A stretch of DNA of 64,000 nucleotides from Acidobacteriota bacterium (GTDB lineage Bacteria > Acidobacteriota > Blastocatellia > RBC074): contig JANPFP010000073.1 of the NCBI GenBank assembly GCA_031423495.1, positions 36,968-100,967 on the forward strand, in the 5' to 3' direction. The notes below the pieces were generated by a model. The model had not been told where the DNA came from, ran no database searches, and saw nothing but the letters and a program-made list of their open reading frames with translations. This document shows positions 63,431 to 64,000 of the stretch, piece after piece. A program made the position numbers and the translations under genes. How positions within the stretch are numbered: position 1 is the first letter of the stretch; each line of letters begins with the position of its first letter.

Positions 63431-64000
63431 CTAAACCCGCGACAGTTTGGCGACTTGCAATTCTTTGATCGCCTGCATCGTGAAAAGTGCGAGTGCGTAT
63501 TTCTCCGTCGCGCCGCTCATCACTGTGTTCGTGACAAAAACCTTCAGCCCCAGCTTTTCAATCTCTTCCTTTAGATCGGCATCTTGCTGGTCAATGATGA
63601 AACCGTCTATGAGGTTGGCGTAAATTTGCGCGACGCCCAGCGCCGTTGCGGGCGAACCGGTTTGCGCGAGCATTCGATCTGCCGGGCCTTTGAGCGCTTG
63701 GCCTTTGATGATTGGACTGATGGCGATTTTCGGCGCGGAGGCTTGCTCTAACAATTTGCGTACGCCGGGCACGGTGAGAATCGGGCCAATGCTGATGAGC
63801 GGATTGCTGGGGCAAATCACGATGGCTTCGGCGCTGACAATTGCGTCAATCGTTTCGGGCGTAGCCACCGCGTCTTCTATATTCTCAAAGCGAATTTCCT
63901 GCACCACGGGCTGCGCTCGATAGCGAATCAAATATTCTTGAAAGTGCATCGCTCCCTGATCGGTCACAATGGTCGTCGGCACAAAGGCATCGGTCACCGG
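63431..64000 (-). CDS. cofD: 2-phospho-L-lactate transferase (F420 biosynthesis), 5' truncated by window
   Basis: MHFQEY, ICPSNPLISIGPIL, ISPII.G.ALKGPA.RML. Confidence 0.88.
   Translation of the reverse strand, partial: PVTDAFVPTTIVTDQGAMHFQEYLIRYRAQPVVQEIRFENIEDAVATPETIDAIVSAEAIVICPSNPLISIGPILTVPGVRKLLEQASAPKIAISPIIKGQALKGPADRMLAQTGSPATALGVAQIYANLIDGFIIDQQDADLKEEIEKLGLKVFVTNTVMSGATEKYALALFTMQAIKELQVAKLSRV

Overview
Bacterial chromosomal window of moderately high GC. The gene content suggests Acidobacteriota, possibly Blastocatellia (inference from Oar-like TonB receptors, DUF1501/DUF1553 and a conserved small Lol-linked protein). No rRNA, tRNA, CRISPR array, integrase or transposase was seen. 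Main contents: a CHAT/ECF sigma/anti-sigma cluster; a GGDEF-kinase-STAND operon; a DUF1549/DUF1553-DUF1501-TonB locus; a sigma54-type inorganic-carbon locus (SulP, beta-carbonic anhydrase, DabA and two antiporter-like subunits, with a divergent HAMP kinase/NtrC pair and a convergent DUF2490 barrel); TPP riboswitch-thiC flanked on both sides by AT-richer defence-like cassettes; a Lol-like operon; and cofD. Strongest leads: (1) the sigma54/two-component-controlled, three-subunit DAB bicarbonate module; (2) a cassette captured at the thiC 3' end, leaving a diverged duplicate thiC tail fused to a clpA fragment; (3) several families of 7-mer/9-mer tandem repeats in inverted pairs, one of which frameshifts a 3 kb gene by exactly one unit; (4) an unassigned rod-like RNA; (5) a STAND-BTRD1 chimera. 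All family assignments come from motif recognition by eye; no database search was run.
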